This document shows, in pieces, positions 28,973-37,846 of a DNA stretch of 64,000 bases (position 1 is its first letter; each line of letters starts with the position of its first letter). Below the pieces are notes generated by a model that did no database searches, was not told where the DNA came from, and saw nothing but the letters and a program-made list of their open reading frames with translations. A program made the position numbers and the translations under genes. Source of the DNA: an uncultured Anaerolineales bacterium (GTDB lineage: Bacteria; Chloroflexota; Anaerolineae; Anaerolineales; UBA11858); contig CAYTKR010000010.1 of the NCBI GenBank assembly GCA_964438295.1, positions 2,633-66,632 of the forward strand, read 5' to 3'.

Positions 28973-29422
28973 CTATTGTCCTTCTGCTCGAATTAGCAAT
29001 ATTGGTCGATCTATGCGATGGAGCACACCAGCTGCTACACTGCCATAAAATACATGAGATAATCCAGTCCGACCGTGACTTGCCATGGCAATCAGGTCGA
29101 CTCCTTCATGCTCTGCAACCTCAATAATCGTGCTGACAATTGGAGATACCTCTACCATTGTCTTGGTGCTTATTTGTTTCTCTCGAAATTTCCCCTCTAT
29201 TTTCGAGAGGTACGCCTTCCTCTTTTCTATCATCTGGTCTTGTTGTTCCAATAGATATCCAATATTTAGATCCCTTTGTACCGTGGGATAAAAATTGGTT
29301 GGACTAATCACCTCTAAGAAAGTCACGCTAGCGCCAAAGAGAATGGCCAATTCTTCAACGTGAGGCAAGATCGTCTCGGCACGTTTTGATCCGTCTAGGG
29401 GTACGAGGATTTTCTTGTACAT
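28973..29422 (-). CDS. universal stress protein
   Basis: MYKKILVPLDGS...MASHGRTGLSHVFYGSVAAGVLHRIDRPILLIR. Close paralog of 59319-59765. Confidence 0.9.
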   Translation of the reverse strand: MYKKILVPLDGSKRAETILPHVEELAILFGASVTFLEVISPTNFYPTVQRDLNIGYLLEQQDQMIEKRKAYLSKIEGKFREKQISTKTMVEVSPIVSTIIEVAEHEGVDLIAMASHGRTGLSHVFYGSVAAGVLHRIDRPILLIRAEGQ

Positions 29423-29515
29423 TGGATACTCCTATTCTTTCTCAGGATAAACAACTCAATAAATCACCTTCAACATCTCCTTATATCGTTGTTTTCAGAA
29501 TAATTGGCTTCGACA

Positions 29516-29552
29516 CTTTTGTCATCAGATAGACGATGATTTTTTGTTCAAC
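29516..29552. promoter_or_regulatory. conserved 37-nt box upstream of USP gene (copy 1)
   Basis: CTTTTGTCATCAGATAGACGATGATTTTTTGTTCAAC matches 59848-59884 at 32/37 positions while the flanks are unrelated. It lies about 95-130 nt upstream of the start codon and contains TCATC-N8-GATGA. Confidence 0.55.
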
Positions 29553-29743
29553 GTTTCAAGGCTATTTAACGTGCCAAAAAACTCTATTTGTTGATCTGCT
29601 ACACAACAAATGTTGGCGTCAATGACGCGCAGTTCCCCCACTGATTTGTACATTAATTTCAATCGCTAGCAATTCTTGTTTTCCCTTTCGAATAGTTTGC
29701 ACGCCAAACACGAATAAATACCACCCTTCAAATTGCATTATCC

Positions 29744-31018
29744 TTATTTAGAAGTACTCAATGTTTCTGGGATTGTGGCAAGCAGAGGCAGCTTGAGCAT
29801 CAGATCCACCCCGATGGGGATCAGGAATACAAAAAGCGGGTTGAGATGATCCCAAACCAGCCCCCCCAAGATCGGTGCGGGAATGGTGACCAGGCCACGA
29901 GAGAGACCCACCAGGCCGCTCCATTTACCCATCTGCTCTACCGGAACCAACTCCAGGGTAATCGCGTTGGTGACGCCGGAACAAACGAAGTAGAAAGTCT
30001 GCAAAGCCCCAGAGAGGATGAGGGTGAAAGGGCTGAATGAGAACACCAACAACAAATAGGAGGCGTACCACAACGGTGTGAGCAAATAAATGACCTTTTT
30101 GCGCCCGATCCTGTCGGCCAAACGCCCCAAGGGAACACCAAACAGGATGCGCGTCAGGACCGTTGCCGTAGCCATGATCCCCAGGAGATATTGATCAGCC
30201 CCTTTGACCTGATGAGCATAAAGCTGTAAGAAAGGCGTGGTCATGGCCATGGGGAACCAGGTCAGGGAGGCGATGAGCAGCCATCGCTTCAGAGGGCCTT
30301 CCCCTTTGAAAAGCTGTTTGAAATCATCGAAGAAACGAAAACCGGCGCTTCGCTCTGTTTCCGATAAGGATTTAATATCCCTTAATTGAGCAGCCAGAAA
30401 GAGAAAGACCAGCATATAGCCCACAAAGCGCATTGCATACAACGGTCGAATACCTTCGACATTCAATCCGCCAAAGCTGGTCACCAGTTTTGCGGCGACC
30501 AGAGGAGAAAGCATCGCAAAAAGATAAGCGATCGTTACGCAGATATTTTGGGCAGTCACCCGGTCTTTGTTCTGCACCGAGTCTGCACAGATCACGCTGC
30601 AACCCGTGCTGATAAATCTTGTAGCCACGGAGAATAGAATCAGCGCGGCAATGATCGCCTGCCAGCCCAGCGCCAGCGAGTAGACCAGGGCAGACCCAGC
30701 CATTAGCAGCATGCCCAACAGGTACAGTTTTTTGAGACCATAGCGATCCACCAGCCAGCCTATTGGTGTAGAAAGCAGCGCACTGATGCCATTGCCAATG
30801 CTGTTGATCGTCCCCAATTCGACCGAGTCCGCTCCCAGTCCAACAGTGTAGATCGAGTCGTATTGACTTGTCAGACTCAGCAAGAAGTTGTTGGCAGAGG
30901 AGCGTATAATCGCCACGCGGTAGTTATGCTTCTGGCGACGAATAAAGCCTATTGCCCGGCGGATTGTCCTGCAGGCCAGGTTTGTTTTGTGAATGCTCTC
31001 GAGGATGCTGGTTTTCAA
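29744..31018 (-). CDS. MFS transporter
   Basis: 424 aa with about 12 predicted hydrophobic segments and an MFS loop motif GRLADRIGRKK. TTG start. Confidence 0.8.
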   Translation of the reverse strand: MKTSILESIHKTNLACRTIRRAIGFIRRQKHNYRVAIIRSSANNFLLSLTSQYDSIYTVGLGADSVELGTINSIGNGISALLSTPIGWLVDRYGLKKLYLLGMLLMAGSALVYSLALGWQAIIAALILFSVATRFISTGCSVICADSVQNKDRVTAQNICVTIAYLFAMLSPLVAAKLVTSFGGLNVEGIRPLYAMRFVGYMLVFLFLAAQLRDIKSLSETERSAGFRFFDDFKQLFKGEGPLKRWLLIASLTWFPMAMTTPFLQLYAHQVKGADQYLLGIMATATVLTRILFGVPLGRLADRIGRKKVIYLLTPLWYASYLLLVFSFSPFTLILSGALQTFYFVCSGVTNAITLELVPVEQMGKWSGLVGLSRGLVTIPAPILGGLVWDHLNPLFVFLIPIGVDLMLKLPLLATIPETLSTSK

Positions 31019-31098
31019 TGTTTTCTCCGTTAGCGCCTTTTCCAGACGGTTGGCATGCCAGCTGGTAGTCTTATATCAAACTACAGAACCAGGTTTCT

Positions 31099-31680
31099 TT
31101 AATCCCACTCCTGTAAAACCTGATCAAGTTGCGCTCGGATGACCTCTTCTGCCACTGCTCCACCACTAATGGCCTTGTTGGGGCACACGGGCACACAGGC
31201 ACCACAACTCATACAACGATTGGCATCCACAATCGAGACTCGCACATTGCCGCGCTGCTCCAGGCTAAGGGCTGCGTAGGGACATACCGCAGCGCAGTTT
31301 CCGCAACCAGCACACAGAAGCGGGTTCACGCGAACCGCCTCCAAGGGGGAAGCGTTGCCTGCCTGCAAGGCTAACTGTCGCAGTGCCCCGATGACATCAG
31401 AGATATGCACCTCCTGGGGGCATGATGAATAACACAGGTCGCAGGCCGTGCAGTACCAGATGGTACTATCCTCGTAGACCTGCTGGCGCATGTTCAACAT
31501 GGCTTTGTGCAGCACCCGGCGGGGATTATAGGCCGGGTCACGCCAGGGAACCATACAGCGGCTGACGCAGGTTCCGCAGGAAAAGCAAACAGTAAGGCAT
31601 TCGCCTCCGGGGAATTGAGCAACCTCTGCGGAAAAACTGATCATAGTGGACGATTCAGCGTCCTTGCGATCTGTAATCAT
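31099..31680 (-). CDS. HdrC-like Fe-S protein fused to a 2x[4Fe-4S] ferredoxin domain
   Basis: Motifs CFSCGTCVSRC, CTACDLCYSSCP, CAGCGNCAAVCP, CMSCGACVPVCP. The ATG at 31680 follows GGGAGG. Confidence 0.7.
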   Translation of the reverse strand: MITDRKDAESSTMISFSAEVAQFPGGECLTVCFSCGTCVSRCMVPWRDPAYNPRRVLHKAMLNMRQQVYEDSTIWYCTACDLCYSSCPQEVHISDVIGALRQLALQAGNASPLEAVRVNPLLCAGCGNCAAVCPYAALSLEQRGNVRVSIVDANRCMSCGACVPVCPNKAISGGAVAEEVIRAQLDQVLQEWD

Positions 31681-31695
31681 AGTACCTCCCGGCAA

Positions 31696-32097
31696 TCAAA
31701 CAAATATCTCACTTCTCAGATCGTTGGGTCCTTGCTCTTCGATCTGCGCTGCGAACCTGGTCGCGATTTCAGTAATAAGCCTGGGTTGCGTATTTGGAAC
31801 CCATTCGATGTGTAAACGCTCCACATCCAAATCGAGTTCTGTGAAGATCTGCTTTAGCAAGGCCATCCGCCGACGGGCATGGTAATTGCCATCTTTGTAA
31901 TGACATCTCCCCGGCTCACATCCAGCTACCAATACGCCATCTGCACCGTGCAGGTAAGCCCTGATGAGAAATAGGGGGTCCACCCGCCCGGTACAACCCG
32001 AGCTCAAGATTTTGATAGCGTCTGGCAGCGGCTCAAGCGTGTCTGCTGTAGCCCGCGAACACCAATCGCACAAGAAACCAATGATGTGTGTTTTCAT
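31696..32097 (-). CDS. MvhD-like hydrogenase iron-sulfur subunit (copy 2)
   Basis: FLCDWCS...CTGRVDPLFLIRAYLHGADGVLVAGCEPGRCHYKDGNYHARRR, typical of the methyl-viologen-reducing hydrogenase delta subunit family. Confidence 0.8.
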   Translation of the reverse strand: MKTHIIGFLCDWCSRATADTLEPLPDAIKILSSGCTGRVDPLFLIRAYLHGADGVLVAGCEPGRCHYKDGNYHARRRMALLKQIFTELDLDVERLHIEWVPNTQPRLITEIATRFAAQIEEQGPNDLRSEIFV

Positions 32098-33224
32098 TTC
32101 AGCTCCTTTGCATCCATCCTGGCGAACTCTTCTACCTCGAAGGTTCTCAAAGGGATCTCCTCGGTCAGGTCGTTGCCGGGTCGATAATCGAACAGCGCCT
32201 GCACGGAGTCGCCCACCTTAGAGTAGATGGCTGTCAAGGGGATCTCAACCGGGCAGACATCTGAACACATCCCACAACCGACGCAAGAGATGCTCATATG
32301 AGTTAAGCGTCCGAGTTGGAAGTAAAGGGTATCGGCTGGTACTCGCTGTGCGCCTTTTCTTTCCATCTCGCTTTCGTAGAAATCGATCGAATGCTCACAC
32401 GCTCGAGAATCAAAGTAGCATAGAGGACAGTAACACATTGGGCATACCGTCATGCAGGCATGGCAGTTGATGCAGCGTCCAAACGTGTCGATCAACCCAG
32501 GCTGGCCTACATCGATCGCGGCAAACGCTTCTTCCCGAAAAATCATTCGTTGGTCGGAGAAGCTTTTGAGTTCAGCGCTGTCCAAATCGCCAGATATTCG
32601 CACCCCATCCATTCCGGCCAGCCCTTCTACAGAGCTAGCCCCCTTCTCGGTATTCAGGTAAAGCGTACACTGCCTCTCGAGATCGGCCTCTCCCAACAAG
32701 GCAATGCTGATATCGGCATTGCGAGGCACGAATTGTTCACAGGCACGGCAACTCGAACGCACGCGGGCATCTGTTTCCCCGGCCGCGACTGCCTGCCAAT
32801 ATCCGGGTAAGCTGGCTTTCAAGTTGTCTTTGCGACTCGCTTCGAGGGGGTAGACGCCGCCACAGGTTGAACTGATCAGCAGGATATTCTCAACACTGCC
32901 CTGGTGGAGCTTGACCAGTTCGATAAAGGCGCGCAGCTCACAGGGTTTGACCACCGCGGCTACAGGTTCAGCTGGCGCGCCCTTCAATGTCAGGCGGGAA
33001 AGCATGCCGCCGGCGTTGGCAGGCATCAGCGGGAACAGAGGCCGCGCCGCGCCGTCCGGCAGGAAGGCATCCGCATGAGTAAATAAGGAGTAGGCCATCC
33101 CCCGATCGTCCCCAGTGCTTCCCAGGCAGAGAACGCTACTCACGCGGCCGCTTTCCAGAAGATCACTTAGCAACGCTCGCACGCTCTGCTGTGTCCCTTG
33201 TTTAATTTTCAAACCCTCAGGCAT
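32094..33224 (-). CDS. Fe-S oxidoreductase subunit (4Fe-4S dicluster, AsrA/FlxC/FrhB-like), paralog of 33217-34374
   Basis: CINCHACMTVCPMCYCPLCYFD and CVGCGMCSDVCP. The ATG at 33224 follows AGGAGG and overlaps the upstream stop by 8 nt (ATGCCTGA). Confidence 0.6.
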   Translation of the reverse strand: MPEGLKIKQGTQQSVRALLSDLLESGRVSSVLCLGSTGDDRGMAYSLFTHADAFLPDGAARPLFPLMPANAGGMLSRLTLKGAPAEPVAAVVKPCELRAFIELVKLHQGSVENILLISSTCGGVYPLEASRKDNLKASLPGYWQAVAAGETDARVRSSCRACEQFVPRNADISIALLGEADLERQCTLYLNTEKGASSVEGLAGMDGVRISGDLDSAELKSFSDQRMIFREEAFAAIDVGQPGLIDTFGRCINCHACMTVCPMCYCPLCYFDSRACEHSIDFYESEMERKGAQRVPADTLYFQLGRLTHMSISCVGCGMCSDVCPVEIPLTAIYSKVGDSVQALFDYRPGNDLTEEIPLRTFEVEEFARMDAKELK

Positions 33225-34374
33225 TATGCACCTCCTGACGATAGATCTCAATGTAGGGCTGCTCCACCTGATGCAGTTCGTCCATCTCGTATGCCGTCTG
33301 GGGCAGCGGATCATCAAGGCTTTTCCCGGGGGTATAGCCTAACGTCTCCTGGGCCTCGTCCGCCATCAGGCTGAAAACTTGAGCCACAGGGATATCCATC
33401 GGGCAGGCATCCTCACACGCGCCGCACGAAACGCAAGAGAGGGCCATGTGTGAAGCCCGGCCAATTTGGAAAAGCAGCGTATCCGGCGGAAATCGCAAGG
33501 ATCCTTTGCGATCAGCCCTCGCCAGGTAGTTTTCAGGCGTAAGTTTCAAGGCATTGGAATCAAAATAGCACTGACGACAATAGCACAACGGGCAAACTCG
33601 CTGACAGTTGTGACAGTTGATGCAACTGCTGAACACTTCCAGCAGCCCCTGCGGCCCGGCAACCTTCTCTCGGAGTTGGGCGTGGAACTGGCGGCGTCGT
33701 TGGGTCTGCTCGGACTCAATTTCATCGACACGTTCCGCCCAGCCATCCAGCGCCGAATCCAAAGGCATGCCCATTTTCTCCAGGGCCTGCTCCCCCTTAG
33801 CGCTGCCTGGGACGAAGAAAAGGGTGCTATCCGTGCCCTCCAGGGTGGCGATGTGCAGGTCAGAAGTCAGCGCCTGACGGAGGCTGAAATGCTGGCAAAT
33901 CTGGCATACCGGGCGCATGGGCTGGCGGTCCCCTTGCGAAGAGGCCGCAGCAAAGCGGGCCGACCCGGCAGCCGGATCGTGGAGATAGTCCGACAGAGGC
34001 AGCACGCCCGGGCAGTCCATGGTGATTATGCACAGGTTTTCTAGCCTGGCCTGTTTGAGTTTGGTCAATTCGATAGCTGCGCGCGCCTCACAGGGACGCA
34101 CGATCGCAGCAATGCGTTTCTTCCCGTTCCCGCGCATCGTCAGACGGCCAATGGCTTTGCCGCCTTGGACAGGCATCACCGGGGGCAGGGGAGAGGCCTT
34201 CTCGAGGATGGCCGGGTCTTGGAGTAATAGGTAAGCGAAGGAATCGCCACTCGGCACTTCTACAGGGATGAGCAGCGCATCGAAAATTCCTTTGTCCAGT
34301 GTCTCTTTCAACCACAGGATGAGGGCTGACTCGATGCAGCCATCAGTAGACAAGATTGCGGCTTTATCGTTCAC
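33217..34374 (-). CDS. Fe-S oxidoreductase subunit (4Fe-4S dicluster, AsrA/FlxC/FrhB-like)
   Basis: CINCHNCQRVCPLCYCRQCYFD and CVSCGACEDACP. The shared RPCE(A/L)RA..EL.KL segment matches the paralog. Confidence 0.6.
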   Translation of the reverse strand: MNDKAAILSTDGCIESALILWLKETLDKGIFDALLIPVEVPSGDSFAYLLLQDPAILEKASPLPPVMPVQGGKAIGRLTMRGNGKKRIAAIVRPCEARAAIELTKLKQARLENLCIITMDCPGVLPLSDYLHDPAAGSARFAAASSQGDRQPMRPVCQICQHFSLRQALTSDLHIATLEGTDSTLFFVPGSAKGEQALEKMGMPLDSALDGWAERVDEIESEQTQRRRQFHAQLREKVAGPQGLLEVFSSCINCHNCQRVCPLCYCRQCYFDSNALKLTPENYLARADRKGSLRFPPDTLLFQIGRASHMALSCVSCGACEDACPMDIPVAQVFSLMADEAQETLGYTPGKSLDDPLPQTAYEMDELHQVEQPYIEIYRQEVHNA

Positions 34375-34802
34375 GTGTCGCTCCTCCTCTTCAGGGGGTT
34401 AGGGCCTAGCTGCTGGATGTGGTCATTGAACTCGGCTGCCGTGTCTACAAATCGCTGCCCTTCGCCATGTGCCACATAGCGAAACCAAACTCGTTCAGGT
34501 CCCAGACCCAGCGTGTCGAGCAGGCTCTTTACCAGGGCAACTCGCCTGCGGGCGCGGAAATTGCCATCATTGTAGTGACAGTCGCCGGGATGGCATCCGC
34601 TGATCGCCACACCATCGGCTCCTTCGATCAAGGGGCGGACGATCTGCACTGCTGAAAGCGCGCCGGTGCAGTTGACCCGAGCTGGGATCACATTCTCAGG
34701 ATATCCCAGGTGATGCGCCGCGGCGGTCTCGCTGCCACCAGAGCCACACCAACTACACAGGAAGTAGATGATCTTGGGGTCGAAGTCGTGTTCATTGTTC
34801 AC
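34371..34802 (-). CDS. MvhD-like hydrogenase iron-sulfur subunit (copy 1)
   Basis: FLCSWCGSGG...NCTGALSAVQIVRPLIEGADGVAISGCHPGDCHYNDGNFRARRR. 4-nt overlaps with both neighbours. Confidence 0.8.
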   Translation of the reverse strand: MNNEHDFDPKIIYFLCSWCGSGGSETAAAHHLGYPENVIPARVNCTGALSAVQIVRPLIEGADGVAISGCHPGDCHYNDGNFRARRRVALVKSLLDTLGLGPERVWFRYVAHGEGQRFVDTAAEFNDHIQQLGPNPLKRRSDT

Positions 34803-37771
34803 ATTTCACCTCCTACAGCCAGCCTCAGGTCATCACTCACGAGCAAGGCATCCAGGGCGGCGATGGACTGCTCACCCATACTATCCCGCAAATAGGCCGC
34901 ATTGTTAGGGCATATCGCCACACACGAGCCGCACGAATCACACAAAAAGGGGTGCGTCATGGCGATATCTCTGGTCTGATCAATGTAGCGCGCCCCGTAA
35001 GGGCAGACGTCCACACACAGGCCGCAGCCCATGCACAGGGCTTCATGCACCTCGGCCACGAATATGCCATTAGGCGGGGGCATCTTGCCTTTGCCAATGA
35101 TCACCAAAACGCGTCCGGCAGCATCCTTGGCGGTCAAGATGGACTCATCGAAAGAGCGCGGCGAATGCGCCAACCCCACCGGGAAAATACCATTGCCGGT
35201 CAGTTCGAAGGGCTTGGTCAGTTTCTTGATGGCCTCTTCGTAGGGGTAGTTGCTGATATCGCTGGAAAAGAAACCCTCATAATCCAGGGGATAATTCAGC
35301 AACTGCGATAGCGCCTGGTTGTTCTCTGCATTTGGCACAATTCCGGTGCTCAATACCACCCAATTGGCCCGAACCTTTTGCCCACCGCCGACCACTTTCA
35401 AGTCTTTCCCATTCCGCCGCACCTGCGGGTACTCATCGTCGGGGAAGTGGATAAACTGCACGCCGGCCTCTTTCGCAAAGCCGTAGGTGTCTACTTTTCC
35501 ATAAGATGCGATGTCGCGGTAAAAGATAGTCACCTCGGCTCCCGCATCTCGAAGCGTAATGGCGCTCTGCAAGGCCTGGTTGCAGCACAAACGCGAGCAG
35601 TAGGGCGCCTCTGGCGTCCGGGAACCCACACATTGGATCATCGCCACCCTACCGTTGATCTGGCCCCTCTGAATCCGAGGAATTAATTCAGTCTGTGTCA
35701 GCACATACGCATCTTGCCCGTAGAGGAAACCCTCAGGAGCGTACTCCTCCGCGCCGGTCGCCAGGATGATCACACCAGCCTCGACAGGGATCGAATCCCG
35801 CTGGGTTTCCACCACCACATGGTAATTTCCGGCGTAGCCCTGGACCTGGGTCAGTTGTGCTCGGGTATAGATTGTGATGTTATCAGAACGCTGTGTGGAG
35901 GAGATCAGGTTATCCATATATGCGCTCTGTTCTTTGTCGAGGTATTGGGTCTGGCCACCCAGTTCGAGATCGCGCTCGACTAGCACAACTGGAAAGCCAC
36001 TGTCAGCAATTTCGACTGCAGCCGTCATCCCGGCCAGCCCCCCGCCAATGACCAGCGCCCGGGGGATGAAAGCATCCGTGGGCGGGCCGGAATGCGTCCC
36101 ACGCTTGACCTTCTCGACCGCACCCCGGATCAACGCCAGTGATTTATCCAGCATCTTGTCGCGATCTGTGTGTACCTGGATGACATCCTCCCTGAACCGC
36201 AGGTATTCGCACAGCAATGGGCTGATCCCAGCCATCATCACAGCCTTGTTGAATTTACCTTTCTTCTGCAAAGGCGTACAACTCGCCAGGACAACCCGGT
36301 TGACGCCAGACTCCCGGACGCGGTCGGCTGTCGCCTTGATCGTTGGCGGCGTGCAACAACCTTCGATGACCTCTGCGTGATCGACACCGGGCAAGGATCG
36401 CGCCTTTTCGGCCAGGGCTTGCAAATCCATGTGCCCATCGAACTGGCCAAAGCAGCTACAAATGAATACCCCTACACGGACAGGCTCCCTCTCCACGTCC
36501 CGCAGCGGTGGGCCGGGGGACGGCTTGAAGTTCTTTTGGCCCAGGTATTTACGCATCTCCGTCAGGGCTGCGCAGCCATCCCACACGGTCTCCGGGTTAC
36601 CCTTTGGCCCGGTCAATTCTCCAACGGCAAAGATGCCATCCACATCCGTTTCACAGCACGAGAAAGGCCTGGTGCGACATAAACCATTCTCGTCTGCCTG
36701 CACGCCGGTTAACTGTGACAATTCTGCCATCTGCGAGGGCGGGCTTTGCCCGGTGACCAGGATGGCTAATTCAGCAGCCCTCTTATGGGGTTTCCCGTCC
36801 ATTGCGGTGTAGTTGACAATCACCTGCTCCACGCCATCCAGGGGCGTAATGTCGAGGGTCTCTGCTCTCACGATGCGCACACCGGCATCCAGAGCCTTGA
36901 GATACCATTGCTGATGGCCCTTGCCAACTCCGCGGTAGTCGTGCAAGAAAACGGTCACATCGGCATCTGGGAGGATTTCTCTAAGCCGGACGGCGCGGTA
37001 GATGGCGCTGACGCTCAGGTTGTAGTTCTCATATTCGACACCTGGGTTATTGAAATGAGGTGTGACCACAATCGCGAAGGTTTGCGGGATTTTGCCAGAA
37101 GGCAGCCGCACGCAGTCGCGCACGAAGTTGGTCAGGAAGGAGCGCCGGCCTAATTCCGAGTTGCGAACCACGCTGGGGCTTTGACCCAAGGCGAAATCGC
37201 TGAGGTCATTATCACCGGGTTCTTCGAAGGTATCGGCCAGGAGGATTGCCCCCACATCGGCTTCGAGCACTTCGTGTGGCCTCTCGACGATGAGCGCACC
37301 AGTTGGGCACACTCGCTCACACTCTCCACAGCGCGTGCAGTGCTCGAAGTCTATTACATAGCAGTTCTCCCAGCCGGCTTCGGGGATAACCCGGATGGCT
37401 TTGTAGCCGTCCACCTCGACCGGGCAGACTTCGATACATTGATCGCACTCGATGCAGGCAAAATTGTTCACCACCTGATCGCGCTTTTTGAATTTCACAT
37501 GGAAGTCTCCCGCTGCGCCCGATACCTCCAGCAATTCGGCGTTGTAGCAATCCTGCATCGCTCCAATCGCTTTGAATAAGCGCTGGGGCATATGGCCGCA
37601 AATCCAGCAGAAATCAAGCGGCAGCTGTGCCAGCGCCTGATACTTCATTTCATCCACATAAGCGCCACGGTTCAACAGGATGAACTTATGGCCGCTCTTT
37701 CCCAGGGCATAGGCTGCGCGATACCCCCCCAGATTGGTCCCATAGATCAATACTGTGCTTTCATTGCTCAT
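34799..37771 (-). CDS. HdrA-like FAD/Fe-S oxidoreductase, unusually long (990 aa)
   Basis: Canonical ALVIGGGLAGMTAAVEIADSG FAD motif in the C-terminal half and a degenerate IYGTNLGGYRAAYALG at the N-terminus. Four CX2CX2CX3CP motifs and Cys-rich HdrA-type inserts (FICSC.., GCCTPP, ASCTP). Confidence 0.8.
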   Translation of the reverse strand: MSNESTVLIYGTNLGGYRAAYALGKSGHKFILLNRGAYVDEMKYQALAQLPLDFCWICGHMPQRLFKAIGAMQDCYNAELLEVSGAAGDFHVKFKKRDQVVNNFACIECDQCIEVCPVEVDGYKAIRVIPEAGWENCYVIDFEHCTRCGECERVCPTGALIVERPHEVLEADVGAILLADTFEEPGDNDLSDFALGQSPSVVRNSELGRRSFLTNFVRDCVRLPSGKIPQTFAIVVTPHFNNPGVEYENYNLSVSAIYRAVRLREILPDADVTVFLHDYRGVGKGHQQWYLKALDAGVRIVRAETLDITPLDGVEQVIVNYTAMDGKPHKRAAELAILVTGQSPPSQMAELSQLTGVQADENGLCRTRPFSCCETDVDGIFAVGELTGPKGNPETVWDGCAALTEMRKYLGQKNFKPSPGPPLRDVEREPVRVGVFICSCFGQFDGHMDLQALAEKARSLPGVDHAEVIEGCCTPPTIKATADRVRESGVNRVVLASCTPLQKKGKFNKAVMMAGISPLLCEYLRFREDVIQVHTDRDKMLDKSLALIRGAVEKVKRGTHSGPPTDAFIPRALVIGGGLAGMTAAVEIADSGFPVVLVERDLELGGQTQYLDKEQSAYMDNLISSTQRSDNITIYTRAQLTQVQGYAGNYHVVVETQRDSIPVEAGVIILATGAEEYAPEGFLYGQDAYVLTQTELIPRIQRGQINGRVAMIQCVGSRTPEAPYCSRLCCNQALQSAITLRDAGAEVTIFYRDIASYGKVDTYGFAKEAGVQFIHFPDDEYPQVRRNGKDLKVVGGGQKVRANWVVLSTGIVPNAENNQALSQLLNYPLDYEGFFSSDISNYPYEEAIKKLTKPFELTGNGIFPVGLAHSPRSFDESILTAKDAAGRVLVIIGKGKMPPPNGIFVAEVHEALCMGCGLCVDVCPYGARYIDQTRDIAMTHPFLCDSCGSCVAICPNNAAYLRDSMGEQSIAALDALLVSDDLRLAVGGEM

Positions 37772-37846
37772 TCGTCGATATCCTTTCCTGGGTTTTTGGT
37801 TTGCGAATAACTATACAGCAACCGTCATTTTGAATTTTTGGTTTAT

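Noticed and set aside
28910-29743. Canonical mycobacterial DosR box (GGGACT..AGTCCC) upstream of Hsp20/USP genes
   Set aside because: It was not found on reading these intergenic regions. The DosR analogy is therefore kept as an inference about gene content only. A 13-nt palindrome GCGTCAATGACGC (29616-29628) was seen, but it occurs once and has no supporting context.
33466-34044. 192-aa plus-strand ORF, plus other long plus-strand ORFs between 32.4 and 37.8 kb (e.g. 35874-36380, 36170-36682, 36429-36812, 37181-37579)
   Set aside because: All are antisense to motif-rich Fe-S/HdrA-like genes in the GC-rich block. They have no recognisable motifs, and their Arg/Ala/Gly/Pro-biased composition marks them as a high-GC artefact.
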